From: Gemmatimonadales bacterium
Lineage (GTDB): Bacteria > Gemmatimonadota > Gemmatimonadetes > Gemmatimonadales > GWC2-71-9
Assembly: GCA_035759745.1 (NCBI GenBank)
Contig: DASTUF010000044.1
Coordinates: 6,099 to 70,098, forward strand
DNA length: 64,000 nt
Direction of reading: 5' to 3'
Shown: positions 9,990 through 18,820 of the stretch, piece by piece
Layout of the letters: each line of letters opens with the position of its first letter
Numbering within the stretch: the stretch's first letter is position 1
Notes under the pieces: model-generated
The model's database searches: none
Told to the model about the DNA's origin: nothing
What the model saw: the letters and a program-made list of their open reading frames with translations, nothing else
Program-made: the position numbers and the translations under genes

Positions 9990-10921
9990 AGACTCTTGTC
10001 ACCGGCGGCGCCGGGTTCATCGGCTCGCACATAGTGCGGCGCCTGCTCGACGACGGCCACCAGGTGCGTGTCATAGACAACCTCAGCACCGGCGACCGTG
10101 AGAACCTGGCGGAAGTGGCCGAGCGCATCGAGTTCATCGAAGGCGACATTCGCTCGCAAGGCGAGTGCGACCGTGCCTGCGACGCGACCGAGATGATCTT
10201 CCATGTGGCGGCGCTGCCGAGCGTGCCGAGATCGATAGCCAACCCGTGGGCGTCCCACGACCACAACGTGAACGGCACCATGCAGCTGCTCGAGGCCGCC
10301 CGCCGCGCCGGCAGCCGGAGGGTGGTGTACTCCAGTTCCAGCTCGGTGTACGGCGACACAGCGGTGCTGCCCAAGGTCGAGACCATGGAGCCGCTCTGCC
10401 GGTCGCCCTACGCCACGGCCAAGCTGGCGGGCGAACAGTATGTGCTGGCGTACGCGCGTGCCGGGATGCTGGAAGGCGTGGCGCTCCGCTACTTCAATGT
10501 CTTCGGCCCCCGGCAAAGTCCCACGAGCGCGTATGCGGCGGTCATCCCGGCGTTCCTCGAGGCGGCCCGTACCGGCAGCGTCGCTACGGTGCACGGCGAC
10601 GGTGAGCAGACCCGCGACTTCACCTACGTCGACAACGTGGTCCAGGCCAACATGAAGGCGGCGTTCGAGCCGGCTGACCGGGTCAACGGGTGGGTGACCA
10701 ACGCCGGCGCCGGCAGCAGAGCTTCGCTCAATCAGCTGCTGGAACTGGTGGAGACGGTGACCGGAGCGAAGGTGCAGCGAAGCTACGGCCCGCCCCGGGC
10801 CGGTGATGTGCGGGACTCCCAGGCGTCGCTCGACCGCGCCCGGAAGGTGCTGGGGTATGAACCTGACGTGGACCTGGAAACGGGACTACAGAAGACGTGG
10901 GAGTGGTTTCAAAACAAGTAG
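9986..10921 (+). CDS. NAD-dependent epimerase/dehydratase (UDP-sugar 4-epimerase-like SDR)
   Basis: MKTLVTGGAGFIGSH (GxxGxxG), SSSSVYG, and YATAK (YxxxK catalytic). ATGA overlap with the Wzt stop. Confidence 0.9.
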   Translation: MKTLVTGGAGFIGSHIVRRLLDDGHQVRVIDNLSTGDRENLAEVAERIEFIEGDIRSQGECDRACDATEMIFHVAALPSVPRSIANPWASHDHNVNGTMQLLEAARRAGSRRVVYSSSSSVYGDTAVLPKVETMEPLCRSPYATAKLAGEQYVLAYARAGMLEGVALRYFNVFGPRQSPTSAYAAVIPAFLEAARTGSVATVHGDGEQTRDFTYVDNVVQANMKAAFEPADRVNGWVTNAGAGSRASLNQLLELVETVTGAKVQRSYGPPRAGDVRDSQASLDRARKVLGYEPDVDLETGLQKTWEWFQNK

Positions 10922-11026
10922 GAAGTGGGGAGTGGGAAGTGGGAAGTGGGATGAAAGAAGCGAGGGGCTCCCGACAGGGGGCCCCTCGCTTCCTTCCACT
11001 TCCTGCTTCCTGCTTCCCACTTGCTA
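10919..11026. repeat. long hairpin with tandem GGGAAGT heptamer arms; probable bidirectional terminator
   Basis: Left arm gTAGgaagtggggagtgggaagtgggaagtggg, inner stem gaagcgaggggc/gcccctcgcttc, right arm ttccacttcctgcttcctgcttcccacttgCTAc. It spans exactly from the TAG of the epimerase to the TAG (complement) of the convergent PEP-CTERM gene. Confidence 0.8.
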
Positions 11027-11674
11027 CTCAGCCTTCTTCCGCCTGATCAGGCCTACGCCCCCCATTCCGGCCAGCCCGGTGGCGAGCAGCGCCATGCTGA
11101 TCGGCTCCGGAATGACGGTGGTCGGTGGGCCGCAGCCCTCCAGGTAGACGCCGCCCGACGGGCCGCTGGCGGTGTTGTTGGCGTCGATGAAGGTCTTGGA
11201 CGATGTGCAGTTCGCAGGACCATCCCGGAAATGGAGGCCCAACGCCAGCGCGCCAATGTTGTCATCGAACGCTGCATCAAAGGTGAAGGTGAACTCGCCG
11301 GTCTCACCCAGCCCCAGCGCACTCGGCGTGTTGTCGGCGGTGAACCCGTAATACGTCAGGCCCAGGTCGCCGGCACCGCTGAGCTCGTTCTGCACCCCGA
11401 ACGCGCCGTAGCCGGTGGCCCCGGTACCCGCGGTCGGTGTGGCGCCGCCGACGCCGATGCTACCCAACGGGAAGGCGCCGTCGTTGGTGACGGTGAGCGT
11501 CAGCACGTTGGTGGCGGGGTCGTATGACGTGGTGAACGTGGCGCACGTATAGAAGCTGAGCCCGCCACAGACCTGGGTGTTGGTCCACGGTCCGAACGCA
11601 TGCGCGCTCGCGGCGGTGCCGACGGCCAGTGCCGCCGTTACGCCAAGGGCTCTCATCCAGGTGGAATGATTCAT
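11024..11674 (-). CDS. PEP-CTERM sorting-domain secreted protein (paralog 1)
   Basis: ORF trimmed to MNHSTWMRALGVTAALAVGTAASAHA (signal peptide). The C-terminus VIPEPISMALLATGLAGMGGVGLIRRKKAE has the PEP motif, a TM helix and a basic tail. Confidence 0.85.
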   Translation of the reverse strand: MNHSTWMRALGVTAALAVGTAASAHAFGPWTNTQVCGGLSFYTCATFTTSYDPATNVLTLTVTNDGAFPLGSIGVGGATPTAGTGATGYGAFGVQNELSGAGDLGLTYYGFTADNTPSALGLGETGEFTFTFDAAFDDNIGALALGLHFRDGPANCTSSKTFIDANNTASGPSGGVYLEGCGPPTTVIPEPISMALLATGLAGMGGVGLIRRKKAE

Positions 11675-11820
11675 ACCTGCCTCGCGAACTCCGGCCCCAA
11701 GGGGGTGACCGCACTGCTGAGTGGCGCGGGGGCCGCTACGCACCAAGCAACAGTGTAACTCACAAGATGGGGGCTTGGTGTGAGGAGCGCCACATGTTGC
11801 ATGTCTCGACGTGGTGACGT

Positions 11821-11855
11821 TGCAAAATGAAAGCGCCCCGGAGGCCGGGGCGCTT
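11821..11855 (-). terminator. intrinsic terminator after PEP-CTERM paralog 2
   Basis: On the minus strand: AAGCGCCCCGG-cct-CCGGGGCGCTT followed by TCATTTTGCA. It lies 30 nt downstream of the stop at 11885. Confidence 0.7.
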
Positions 11856-11884
11856 CAATCCTGCACCTGTACTGCGCTTGACGA

Positions 11885-12532
11885 TTACGCCTGCTTGCGG
11901 CGACGAATCACCCCAGCGCCACCCATCCCGGCCAGGCCGGTCGCGAGCAGCGTCATGGTGATCGGCTCCGGCACCACCGTGGTGGCGCAGGCCGGGTCAA
12001 CCGTGTCGATCTCGGCCTCGGTGCCGTCGATGAACAGCTTGGTGGAGCACTGATTCGGGCCGCCCTGCGAGTGCAGCGCGAACTCCAGCGACTCGAGCGT
12101 CACCGCGGAGGAGAACGTCAGCGAGAACGAGTAGGTGATGCCGTCGTTGGTGATGCCGTCGGTGATGCCGTTGGTCTCGAAGCCCGAGAACTTCGGGTTG
12201 GCGCCATCGGGATCGCCGCCCAGCGAGTTGACTTCGTCAGCGAACGCCCATCCCGAGAGCCCGGCGTCGATCGAGTTGGCAGAGGCCGTGACGTCACGGA
12301 TGCCGAACGCGGTAAAGGTGTCGCCGTTGGTCGAGGTGTTCTGAATGTCGATCGTCAACGTGCTGGTGCCGTCGAGGTTGTCGACATACGTGGTGGTCAG
12401 CGTGGCGCACGTCTGGAACAACGTGCCACCGCAGACCTCGGTGTTGGTGAAGGGGCCGAACGCCATCGCATTACCGGCCGTAAAGGCCAGCAGCGCGGCG
12501 GCGGCACCCACTCCGCGGATGATGTGCTTCAT
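11885..12532 (-). CDS. PEP-CTERM sorting-domain secreted protein (paralog 2)
   Basis: ORF 11885..13006 trimmed to MKHIIRGVGAAAALLAFTAGNAMA (ATG 12532, GAGGAG upstream). The C-terminus is VVPEPITMTLLATGLAGMGGAGVIRRRKQA. It shares AFGP(W/F)TNT(Q/E)VCGG..F.TCAT.TT.Y and NC(T/S)(S/T)K.FID blocks with paralog 1. Confidence 0.85.
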   Translation of the reverse strand: MKHIIRGVGAAAALLAFTAGNAMAFGPFTNTEVCGGTLFQTCATLTTTYVDNLDGTSTLTIDIQNTSTNGDTFTAFGIRDVTASANSIDAGLSGWAFADEVNSLGGDPDGANPKFSGFETNGITDGITNDGITYSFSLTFSSAVTLESLEFALHSQGGPNQCSTKLFIDGTEAEIDTVDPACATTVVPEPITMTLLATGLAGMGGAGVIRRRKQA

Positions 12533-12576
12533 CTCTGTGCTACTCCTCGGTTCAGGGGAATGGTACCACACCTCTG

Positions 12577-13083
12577 CTACTTGCTCCTGCGAATGTGCCG
12601 CAGCCCTACGATCCCCAGCCAGCCGAACGCGACCGGGTACAACACTGCCTGCGCCACCGTCTTGGCCACCGACTTCTTGAGGCCCTGCCGGGCCGCCGGC
12701 TCCTGCACCGTCTGGAACGCGAGCGGCAGGTTCAGTGCCCAGATCAGGGTGACGCCCAGGATCACGATGGCCGCGACAATCGCCACGATCGACCAGATTC
12801 GGAGCCCCATGGTCCAGCCGCGCGCGGCCGCCGCACCTGCCAGCAGCGCCAGTCCCAGCATCGGCACCGGCAGCGCGTTCAGCAGCGATCCGATGGTGCC
12901 GAACTCCCAGTCGGGATTGCCGAAGTGCAGCGGATACGCCGCCAGCGCCATGTCCAGCAAGCCCGAGATGAACAGCACCGCACCGACGAATCCCAGCAAA
13001 CGCCACCCGAAATCGGGCGCTGCGGGAAGCCAGGTCCTCTTGCCAGCCTGCTCGTCCCGCACCAGAATGCGCGGCGCATCCAT
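12577..13083 (-). CDS. small integral membrane protein, function unknown
   Basis: 168-aa ORF with an ATG start, four hydrophobic helices and high GC3. No recognisable motif. Confidence 0.6.
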   Translation of the reverse strand: MDAPRILVRDEQAGKRTWLPAAPDFGWRLLGFVGAVLFISGLLDMALAAYPLHFGNPDWEFGTIGSLLNALPVPMLGLALLAGAAAARGWTMGLRIWSIVAIVAAIVILGVTLIWALNLPLAFQTVQEPAARQGLKKSVAKTVAQAVLYPVAFGWLGIVGLRHIRRSK

Positions 13084-13272
13084 GGGCCCTCGATATGGCG
13101 ATACGGTGAGTGATGCTATGCAGGTGTCGGGCCGAAAATTGCGCGCCGCCGCCTGGGGGACTATCTAGTTTCAGGACAACAATTTACTTGACACCGGAAG
13201 ACTTCTCAACCCGGCCACCCGCAGTCACAACCACACAGCAGGTGTGGCGACAAGTCCGCACCACGGAAGAAC

Positions 13273-14490
13273 ATGCGCCTTCGCGCCCGTCCGCTCACAC
13301 TGCTGATTCTTGCACTCGGAGCCATTCTCTGGCTCACCCTGGAACCGCTCCCGGCCCAGGCTGAGGCTACCCAGCTCAGCCCCTGGACCTGCCTGCTCTG
13401 CGGCACTCAAGGGAGCGCCGATTTTCTGCTCAACGTTGCGCTCTTCGTGCCACTGGGCGCGGCCCTGGCATGGCTCGGTACCGGGCGGCTCAAAACGCTC
13501 GCGTTCGGTGCCGGGCTCTCGCTGGCTATCGAGTTGGCACAGGCCACGTTAGCCGCAGGCCGCGACCCCGCGATGGGCGACGTCCTGGCCAACAGCCTGG
13601 GGGCTTTGGGGGGTAACTGGACGGCGATCGCCCTGCCAGGGTTGTGGTACCCGACCATCAGTCGCGCGCGACGGCTCGCCACGGTTGCTGGAGTTGGCTG
13701 GCTCCTGATGACCGTCGTCACCGGCTGGCTGGTGCTTCCCGCTCCGGCGCCGGCCCAGCCCATCGTGCTGGTCGCCCCCGACCGTCCACTGATCGAGGCC
13801 TTCGCCGGCCAGGTGCTGGGAGTCACGGTCGATGGCGACACGTACGCCGAGGGGCCGCTCCCGGCCGCAAACGCCATGAGCCTGGATCCGCGGCGGGTCC
13901 GGCTGGGAGCCGGGGTCGTCACTGGCGCGCTCACCGAGCGGGTGGCGCCGCTGGTCGAGCTCACCAGCCCCGACTCGACCGTCTGGGCCCGCCTGGCCCA
14001 ACTGGGCCAGAAAGGCACCTTCGCCGTCAGGCTCCACAGTACCAGCGTCAAGCTGATGACCCCGGACGTGCGGGTGCACCGCGCCATCCCGATGGTGGGA
14101 GCAGTGCCGGCAGAGTTCAGTGGCTCGCTCGATGGTGCGGTACTGACTGCGGAAGTGATCGTGGGCGACTCGACCCATCGCCATCGGCGGGCGCTCACTC
14201 CCGGCCTGGGATGGGCGCTGTTGCTGCCGTTCAACTACCCGCTCGATCACATGGGGGCCTGGCCATCGGCGGTCTGGCTGGCGCTGACGCTGCTGCCCTT
14301 CGCCTTCTGGCTGGGGCGAGCCCGGCTACCGCTTCCCTGGGCAATCACCGCCAGTGTCGCGCTGCTCGCCCTCGGCATCCATGGCAGCGCCGCGCTCTTC
14401 CAGCTTCGCAACGACGGCATCGAGGCCTGGCTCTGCTGTGGGCTGGCGCTCGTGGTGGGCCGGGTGCTTGGGCAGGGGAGAACTGCTTAA
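13273..14490 (+). CDS. VanZ-like family membrane protein with long C-terminal extension
   Basis: The N-terminal ~125 aa match VanZ features (FLLNVALFVPLGAALAW...LSLAIELAQ...RDPAMGDVLANSLGALGG). The remaining ~280 aa are unassigned and end in further TM helices. Confidence 0.65.
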   Translation: MRLRARPLTLLILALGAILWLTLEPLPAQAEATQLSPWTCLLCGTQGSADFLLNVALFVPLGAALAWLGTGRLKTLAFGAGLSLAIELAQATLAAGRDPAMGDVLANSLGALGGNWTAIALPGLWYPTISRARRLATVAGVGWLLMTVVTGWLVLPAPAPAQPIVLVAPDRPLIEAFAGQVLGVTVDGDTYAEGPLPAANAMSLDPRRVRLGAGVVTGALTERVAPLVELTSPDSTVWARLAQLGQKGTFAVRLHSTSVKLMTPDVRVHRAIPMVGAVPAEFSGSLDGAVLTAEVIVGDSTHRHRRALTPGLGWALLLPFNYPLDHMGAWPSAVWLALTLLPFAFWLGRARLPLPWAITASVALLALGIHGSAALFQLRNDGIEAWLCCGLALVVGRVLGQGRTA

Positions 14491-14575
14491 CCACAGAGCC
14501 ACAGAGGACACGGAGAGATCGAGCTAGTTCTCCGTGAATCTCTGTGTACTCTGTGGCTCTGTGGTTGCTTTTGTT
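14489..14575. repeat. hairpin with CCACAGAG-type tandem units; terminator between convergent genes
   Basis: aaccacagagccacagaggacacggagagat ... atctctgtgtactctgtggctctgtggtt followed by gcTTTTGTTT. It starts inside the TAA of the VanZ-like gene and ends at the TAA (complement) of the HNH gene. Confidence 0.75.
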
Positions 14576-15165
14576 TACGCGACGACTGCCGTCTCCCCGC
14601 CGAGGGCGCGGAGCGCGTCCTCGCCGTAGAACAGCCGGATGTACTTGGCCTGGATCGGCGTCAGCCGGCGGACCGCCCACGCGAGGTGCACGAAGTGGGG
14701 TTCCATCGGCGGGTGCATGGGGAACATCCCGCACTCCGATGGCAGCCGGTTGCCCTTGCGGGTGTTGCAGCTGCTGCACGCGGTGACGACGTTGGCCCAG
14801 TCGTTCCCGCCACCCCGCGACAGCGGCACCATGTGGTCGCGGGTGAGGCACTCCCGGTGCCGCAGGTCGTGGGCGGTGCGGTGGCAGTACTGGCAGCGGT
14901 AGTCGTCGCGGGCGAAGAGGAACGTGTTGGTGACCTGGCGACGGAACCGGCGGGGAACGTGGACGAACTTGACGAGGCGGATGATGGCGGGTCTCGGATA
15001 CACCGAGCGCGCACTTCGCACGAGGTCGCCCTCGTGAGACTCGACGATCTCTGCCTTTCCTTCGATGACCAGCCGTAGCGCCCGACGCATGGGCACCATG
15101 GTCAGTGGTTCGAAGGAGGCATTGAGCGCGAGACAGCGCACAATTCTTCTCCGGTCCAGGGTCAC
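14575..15165 (-). CDS. HNH endonuclease family protein
   Basis: ORF 14575..15315 trimmed to GTG 15165 (VTLDRRRIVRCLALNASFEPL...). HNH core: DDYRCQYCHRTAHDLRHRECLTRDHMVPLSRGGGNDWANVVTACSSCNTRKGN. Confidence 0.8.
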   Translation of the reverse strand: MTLDRRRIVRCLALNASFEPLTMVPMRRALRLVIEGKAEIVESHEGDLVRSARSVYPRPAIIRLVKFVHVPRRFRRQVTNTFLFARDDYRCQYCHRTAHDLRHRECLTRDHMVPLSRGGGNDWANVVTACSSCNTRKGNRLPSECGMFPMHPPMEPHFVHLAWAVRRLTPIQAKYIRLFYGEDALRALGGETAVVA

Positions 15166-15220
15166 GTGTGCTTGCCGCGGTCCCTGTACGCTAACAAGAC
15201 AGCGACCATGGCAGCAAGCG

Positions 15221-17458
15221 TCATTCAGGCCTGGGTGCGGCCCCCACCGTGTCGGTCTGCTGCAAGGGCTGGGCCCCCGGAGCGCCCTGGGGGAACATCC
15301 CGCCGCCGATACCAAAGGGATTGAGGATCCCCTGGGTGTGGACCGGGCAGTACTGGGTCGGCTCGGTGCCAGGAATGAACGACTCGATCAGGTGCACCTC
15401 GGTGGGGCAGAACGCGGTGGCCAGGAATCCGGTCGTGTTGTCCACTTCCGCGGCCGCGAGGTCGGCCGGCCGGCGCCATGCAGCGGGCGCCTCCCGCCGT
15501 GCATAGATCTCGTTCATCAGCGTGGTCCACGCCGGCGCGGCCAGGCGCCCGCCCTGCGCGTTGTTCATGATGCGTGTGGGCTGGTCGAATCCCATCCACA
15601 CCCCCGTCACCAGGTCGGGAGTGAAGCCGATGAACCACACATCGTTGTAGTCGTTGGTGGTACCGGTCTTGCCGCCGGCCGGAAAGCGGATGCGCGACCC
15701 GACCGAGCCTGCCGCGGTTCCCCGCCGCACCACGTCCCGCAGCACATCGACCATCAGCCACGCCTGCTCCCGGCTCATCACCGGCTCCAGCCGGGGCCGG
15801 GGCTGCCAGACGATCGTGCCCTCGCGGTCCTCCACCCGTTCGATGAAGTACGGCACCGCGCGATCTCCCATGTTGGAGAACGCGGTGTAGGCCGCAACCA
15901 TCTCCAGCGGCACCACGTCGGCGGATCCGATGCTGATCGCCGGCACCGGCAGGATCCGGGCGGTGATACCGTAGCGCCGGGCCTCGCCGACCACGTTATC
16001 GAGACCAATCTCCATGCCCAGCTTGACCGCCGGGATGTTGCGCGACTGATAGAGGTGATAGCGCAGCGTATGGGGACCGCTGAACTCGAGGTCGTAGTTC
16101 TGCGGGGTCCAGAGATCCTGGCCCGGCACCTGGAGGCTGAACGGTTCGTCCACCACCACGTGCGAGAGCGGAATCCCCGAGCGGAGCGCCGCTGAATACA
16201 CGAACGGCTTGAAGGTCGAGCCCGGCTGGCGCTGAGCCTGGGTGGCGCGGTTCCACTTGCTGTCCCCGAAGTCGCGGCCACCCACCAGCGCCCGCACCGC
16301 ACCGGTGCCCGCCTCGACCGTCACCAGCATCCCCTGCAGATACGGCGAGTTGGGGGCGTTGTCGTCACCCCCGTCGGCCCCCTGGCCCTGTTCCTCGAGG
16401 TACTCGGCGTATGTGATATGCCGGAACCCGGGCATCGCCTCCACCGCCCGCAGCTGCTCCTCCATTGCCCGTTCGGCCGCGAGCTGCACGTCGAGGTCGA
16501 GAGTGGTGTAGACCCGGTATCCCTCGCGGTAGAGGTCGGCGCCGAACCGCGCCTGGAGAATCTGCCGCACGTGCTCCACGAAGTACTGCGCGTCACCCGA
16601 GAAGTCGGACTGGGTGGAGAGCGTCAGCGGGTAGGCCTTCCACCGCTCCGCTTCTTCCGCGGTGATGCGGCCGTTGTCCTCCATCAGGCTTATGACGAGG
16701 TTGCGCCGCTGGATGCTGTTGCTGGGATGCCGCCGCGGGTTGTAGCGCTCCGGTGCCTTCGGAATGGCGGCGAGCGTCGCCGCTTCCGCGACATTGAGCT
16801 CGCGCACCGACTTGCCGAAGTAGCGCTGGGAGGCGGCCTCCACCCCGTACGCGCGATTGCCCAGGTTGATCTGGTTGAGGTAGAGCTCGAGGATCTTGTC
16901 CTTCGGATACAGCCGCTCGATCTCCATCGCCACCTTCGCCTCGCGGATCTTGCGGCTCAGCGAGATGTCGCGCCGGTCGATGGCGTCGGAGAAGATGTTG
17001 CCGGCCAGCTGCATGGTGATGGTGGATGCTCCGCCGGCGATCTCGCGCTCGACGATCATGTCCTTGATCGCGCCGAAGACCCGGATCCAGTCCACCCCGC
17101 CGTGGGAATAGAAGCGCTTGTCCTCGGTGCTGATGAACGCGGCGAGCACCGCGGGAGAGATCTCGGAGATCGGCACCACCGTGCGGCGCTCGAGCCCCAG
17201 GTCGCTGATGAGCCGGCCGTCCGCGGCGTACACCTTGGCGGCCTGCACCGGGTCGTAGCTGTCGAGGTTCTCCACCGAGGGGCAGGCGTCGCCCATGCAC
17301 ACCGTCAGCCAGGCGGCGAGCACCACAGCAATGCCCAGTACGAAGAGCCCGCCAAGCCCCAGCGCGAGGGCGCGCCTCACCCGAGGCGTGAACCATCGCC
17401 GTTTCGGGTGGCGTGCTGGGGTGGGCGAACCGGAAGCGGAGTCGACCGGAGGGACCAT
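15221..17458 (-). CDS. mrcA: penicillin-binding protein 1A (bifunctional glycosyltransferase/transpeptidase)
   Basis: 745 aa. GT51 motifs (EDKRFYSHGGVD, GASTITMQL, RKIREA) and transpeptidase motifs (STFKP, SRN, KTGTTN). Confidence 0.9.
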   Translation of the reverse strand: MVPPVDSASGSPTPARHPKRRWFTPRVRRALALGLGGLFVLGIAVVLAAWLTVCMGDACPSVENLDSYDPVQAAKVYAADGRLISDLGLERRTVVPISEISPAVLAAFISTEDKRFYSHGGVDWIRVFGAIKDMIVEREIAGGASTITMQLAGNIFSDAIDRRDISLSRKIREAKVAMEIERLYPKDKILELYLNQINLGNRAYGVEAASQRYFGKSVRELNVAEAATLAAIPKAPERYNPRRHPSNSIQRRNLVISLMEDNGRITAEEAERWKAYPLTLSTQSDFSGDAQYFVEHVRQILQARFGADLYREGYRVYTTLDLDVQLAAERAMEEQLRAVEAMPGFRHITYAEYLEEQGQGADGGDDNAPNSPYLQGMLVTVEAGTGAVRALVGGRDFGDSKWNRATQAQRQPGSTFKPFVYSAALRSGIPLSHVVVDEPFSLQVPGQDLWTPQNYDLEFSGPHTLRYHLYQSRNIPAVKLGMEIGLDNVVGEARRYGITARILPVPAISIGSADVVPLEMVAAYTAFSNMGDRAVPYFIERVEDREGTIVWQPRPRLEPVMSREQAWLMVDVLRDVVRRGTAAGSVGSRIRFPAGGKTGTTNDYNDVWFIGFTPDLVTGVWMGFDQPTRIMNNAQGGRLAAPAWTTLMNEIYARREAPAAWRRPADLAAAEVDNTTGFLATAFCPTEVHLIESFIPGTEPTQYCPVHTQGILNPFGIGGGMFPQGAPGAQPLQQTDTVGAAPRPE

Positions 17459-17516
17459 GGGTGGAAGCTAGCGGGCCGCTTGCCGCCTCACCAGCGCGCC
17501 CCTACTCTTGGCCCTC

Positions 17517-18770
17517 ATGTCCGGTTACTTCGAGCAGCTCTCCCGCCGCGGGCTGGTGCAGGATGCCACTCCCGGCGCCGCCGAGCGCCTGAATGCGGGC
17601 CCGGTCACGGCCTACATTGGCTTCGACCCTACCGCGTCCTCGCTCCATGTAGGCAACCTGGTGCCGGTCATGTGCCTGGCGTGGCTCCAGCGCAGTGGCG
17701 GTACCCCCATCGCCCTGGTCGGCGGGGGTACGGGCCTCGTGGGCGACCCTAGCGGCAAGCGATCCGAGCGCCCGATGCTCACGGCCGAGGAGGTCGCCGC
17801 CAACGCGGCGGCGCTGGCCACCCAGCTGGGCCGTTTCCTCAGCTTCGAGGGTGCCAACGCCGCGCGCATGGTCAACAACGCCGACTGGCTGGCGCGGCTG
17901 CCGCTGATGGAGTTCCTGCGCGAAACCGGCAAGCACTTCACCGTCAATTACATGCTGCAGAAGGAGTCGGTAAAGAGCCGGATGGAGACGGGGATCTCCT
18001 TCACCGAGTTCAGCTACATGCTGGTCCAGGCCTACGACTACTGGCACCTCTTCACGTCCGCCGGCGTCGAGCTGCAGATGGGCGGGAGCGACCAGTGGGG
18101 CAATATCACCGCCGGTGTCGAACTGATCGCCCGAAAGGAACAGAGGCAGGCGCACGCGGTGGTCGCGCCCTTGCTGGTTACCGCGTCGGGCCACAAGTTC
18201 GGAAAGAGCGAGGCAGGCAATGTCTGGCTTGACCCCGCCCGTACCAGCCCGTACCAGTTCTATCAGTTCTGGCTCAATGCGGAGGATCAGGACGCCGAGC
18301 GGTGGCTCCGGATCTTCACTTTCCTGCCCGAGGAGCAGATAGCCGTCGCGCTGGCGGAGCATGCTCACGATCCCGGCAAGCGCGCCGCCCAGCGGACCCT
18401 GGCCTGGGAAGTCACCGCGCTGGTGCACGGAGAGGAAGAGGCCGACCGCGCCGCCCGAACCAGCATCGCGGTGTTTGGCAGGGCCGACGTCGAGTCCGAT
18501 TACGCCGAGCTGGCCGGCACCATGCCCAACGCCAGGCTGTCGCGCGAGGAGCTCGAGAGCGGGCCCGCGCTGGTGGATGTGCTGGTCCACGCCGGGCTCG
18601 CGTCCTCCAAGAGTGAGGCCCGGCGCGGTCTCCAGGGCCGTGGCTTCTCGATCAATGACGAGCAGGAAGGTGACGTCGCCCGCCGCTTGTCGGCCGCGGA
18701 CCTGCGTCAGGGTCGCTTCGTGCTGCTGCGGAAAGGGAAGAAGAATTACGTGATGCTGGTAGTGGACTGA
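17517..18770 (+). CDS. tyrS: tyrosine--tRNA ligase
   Basis: [14 protein letters not shown] (HIGH-type), KFGKSE (KMSKS-type), and a C-terminal S4-like domain. The track start 17508 is TTG; I prefer ATG 17517. Confidence 0.9.
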   Translation: MSGYFEQLSRRGLVQDATPGAAERLNAGPVTAYIGFDPTASSLHVGNLVPVMCLAWLQRSGGTPIALVGGGTGLVGDPSGKRSERPMLTAEEVAANAAALATQLGRFLSFEGANAARMVNNADWLARLPLMEFLRETGKHFTVNYMLQKESVKSRMETGISFTEFSYMLVQAYDYWHLFTSAGVELQMGGSDQWGNITAGVELIARKEQRQAHAVVAPLLVTASGHKFGKSEAGNVWLDPARTSPYQFYQFWLNAEDQDAERWLRIFTFLPEEQIAVALAEHAHDPGKRAAQRTLAWEVTALVHGEEEADRAARTSIAVFGRADVESDYAELAGTMPNARLSREELESGPALVDVLVHAGLASSKSEARRGLQGRGFSINDEQEGDVARRLSAADLRQGRFVLLRKGKKNYVMLVVD

Positions 18771-18820
18771 GCGGGAGCTGCGCCCAGCGGGGACTCCGCC
18801 CAGCGGGAAAGCGGGAGGTC

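Noticed and set aside
10919-11026. The short tandem repeats (here and at 23154, 24386, 52548, 62647) as a CRISPR array
   Set aside because: The units are 7-8 nt and contiguous, with no unique spacers. The arrays are self-complementary hairpins, and no cas genes are present.
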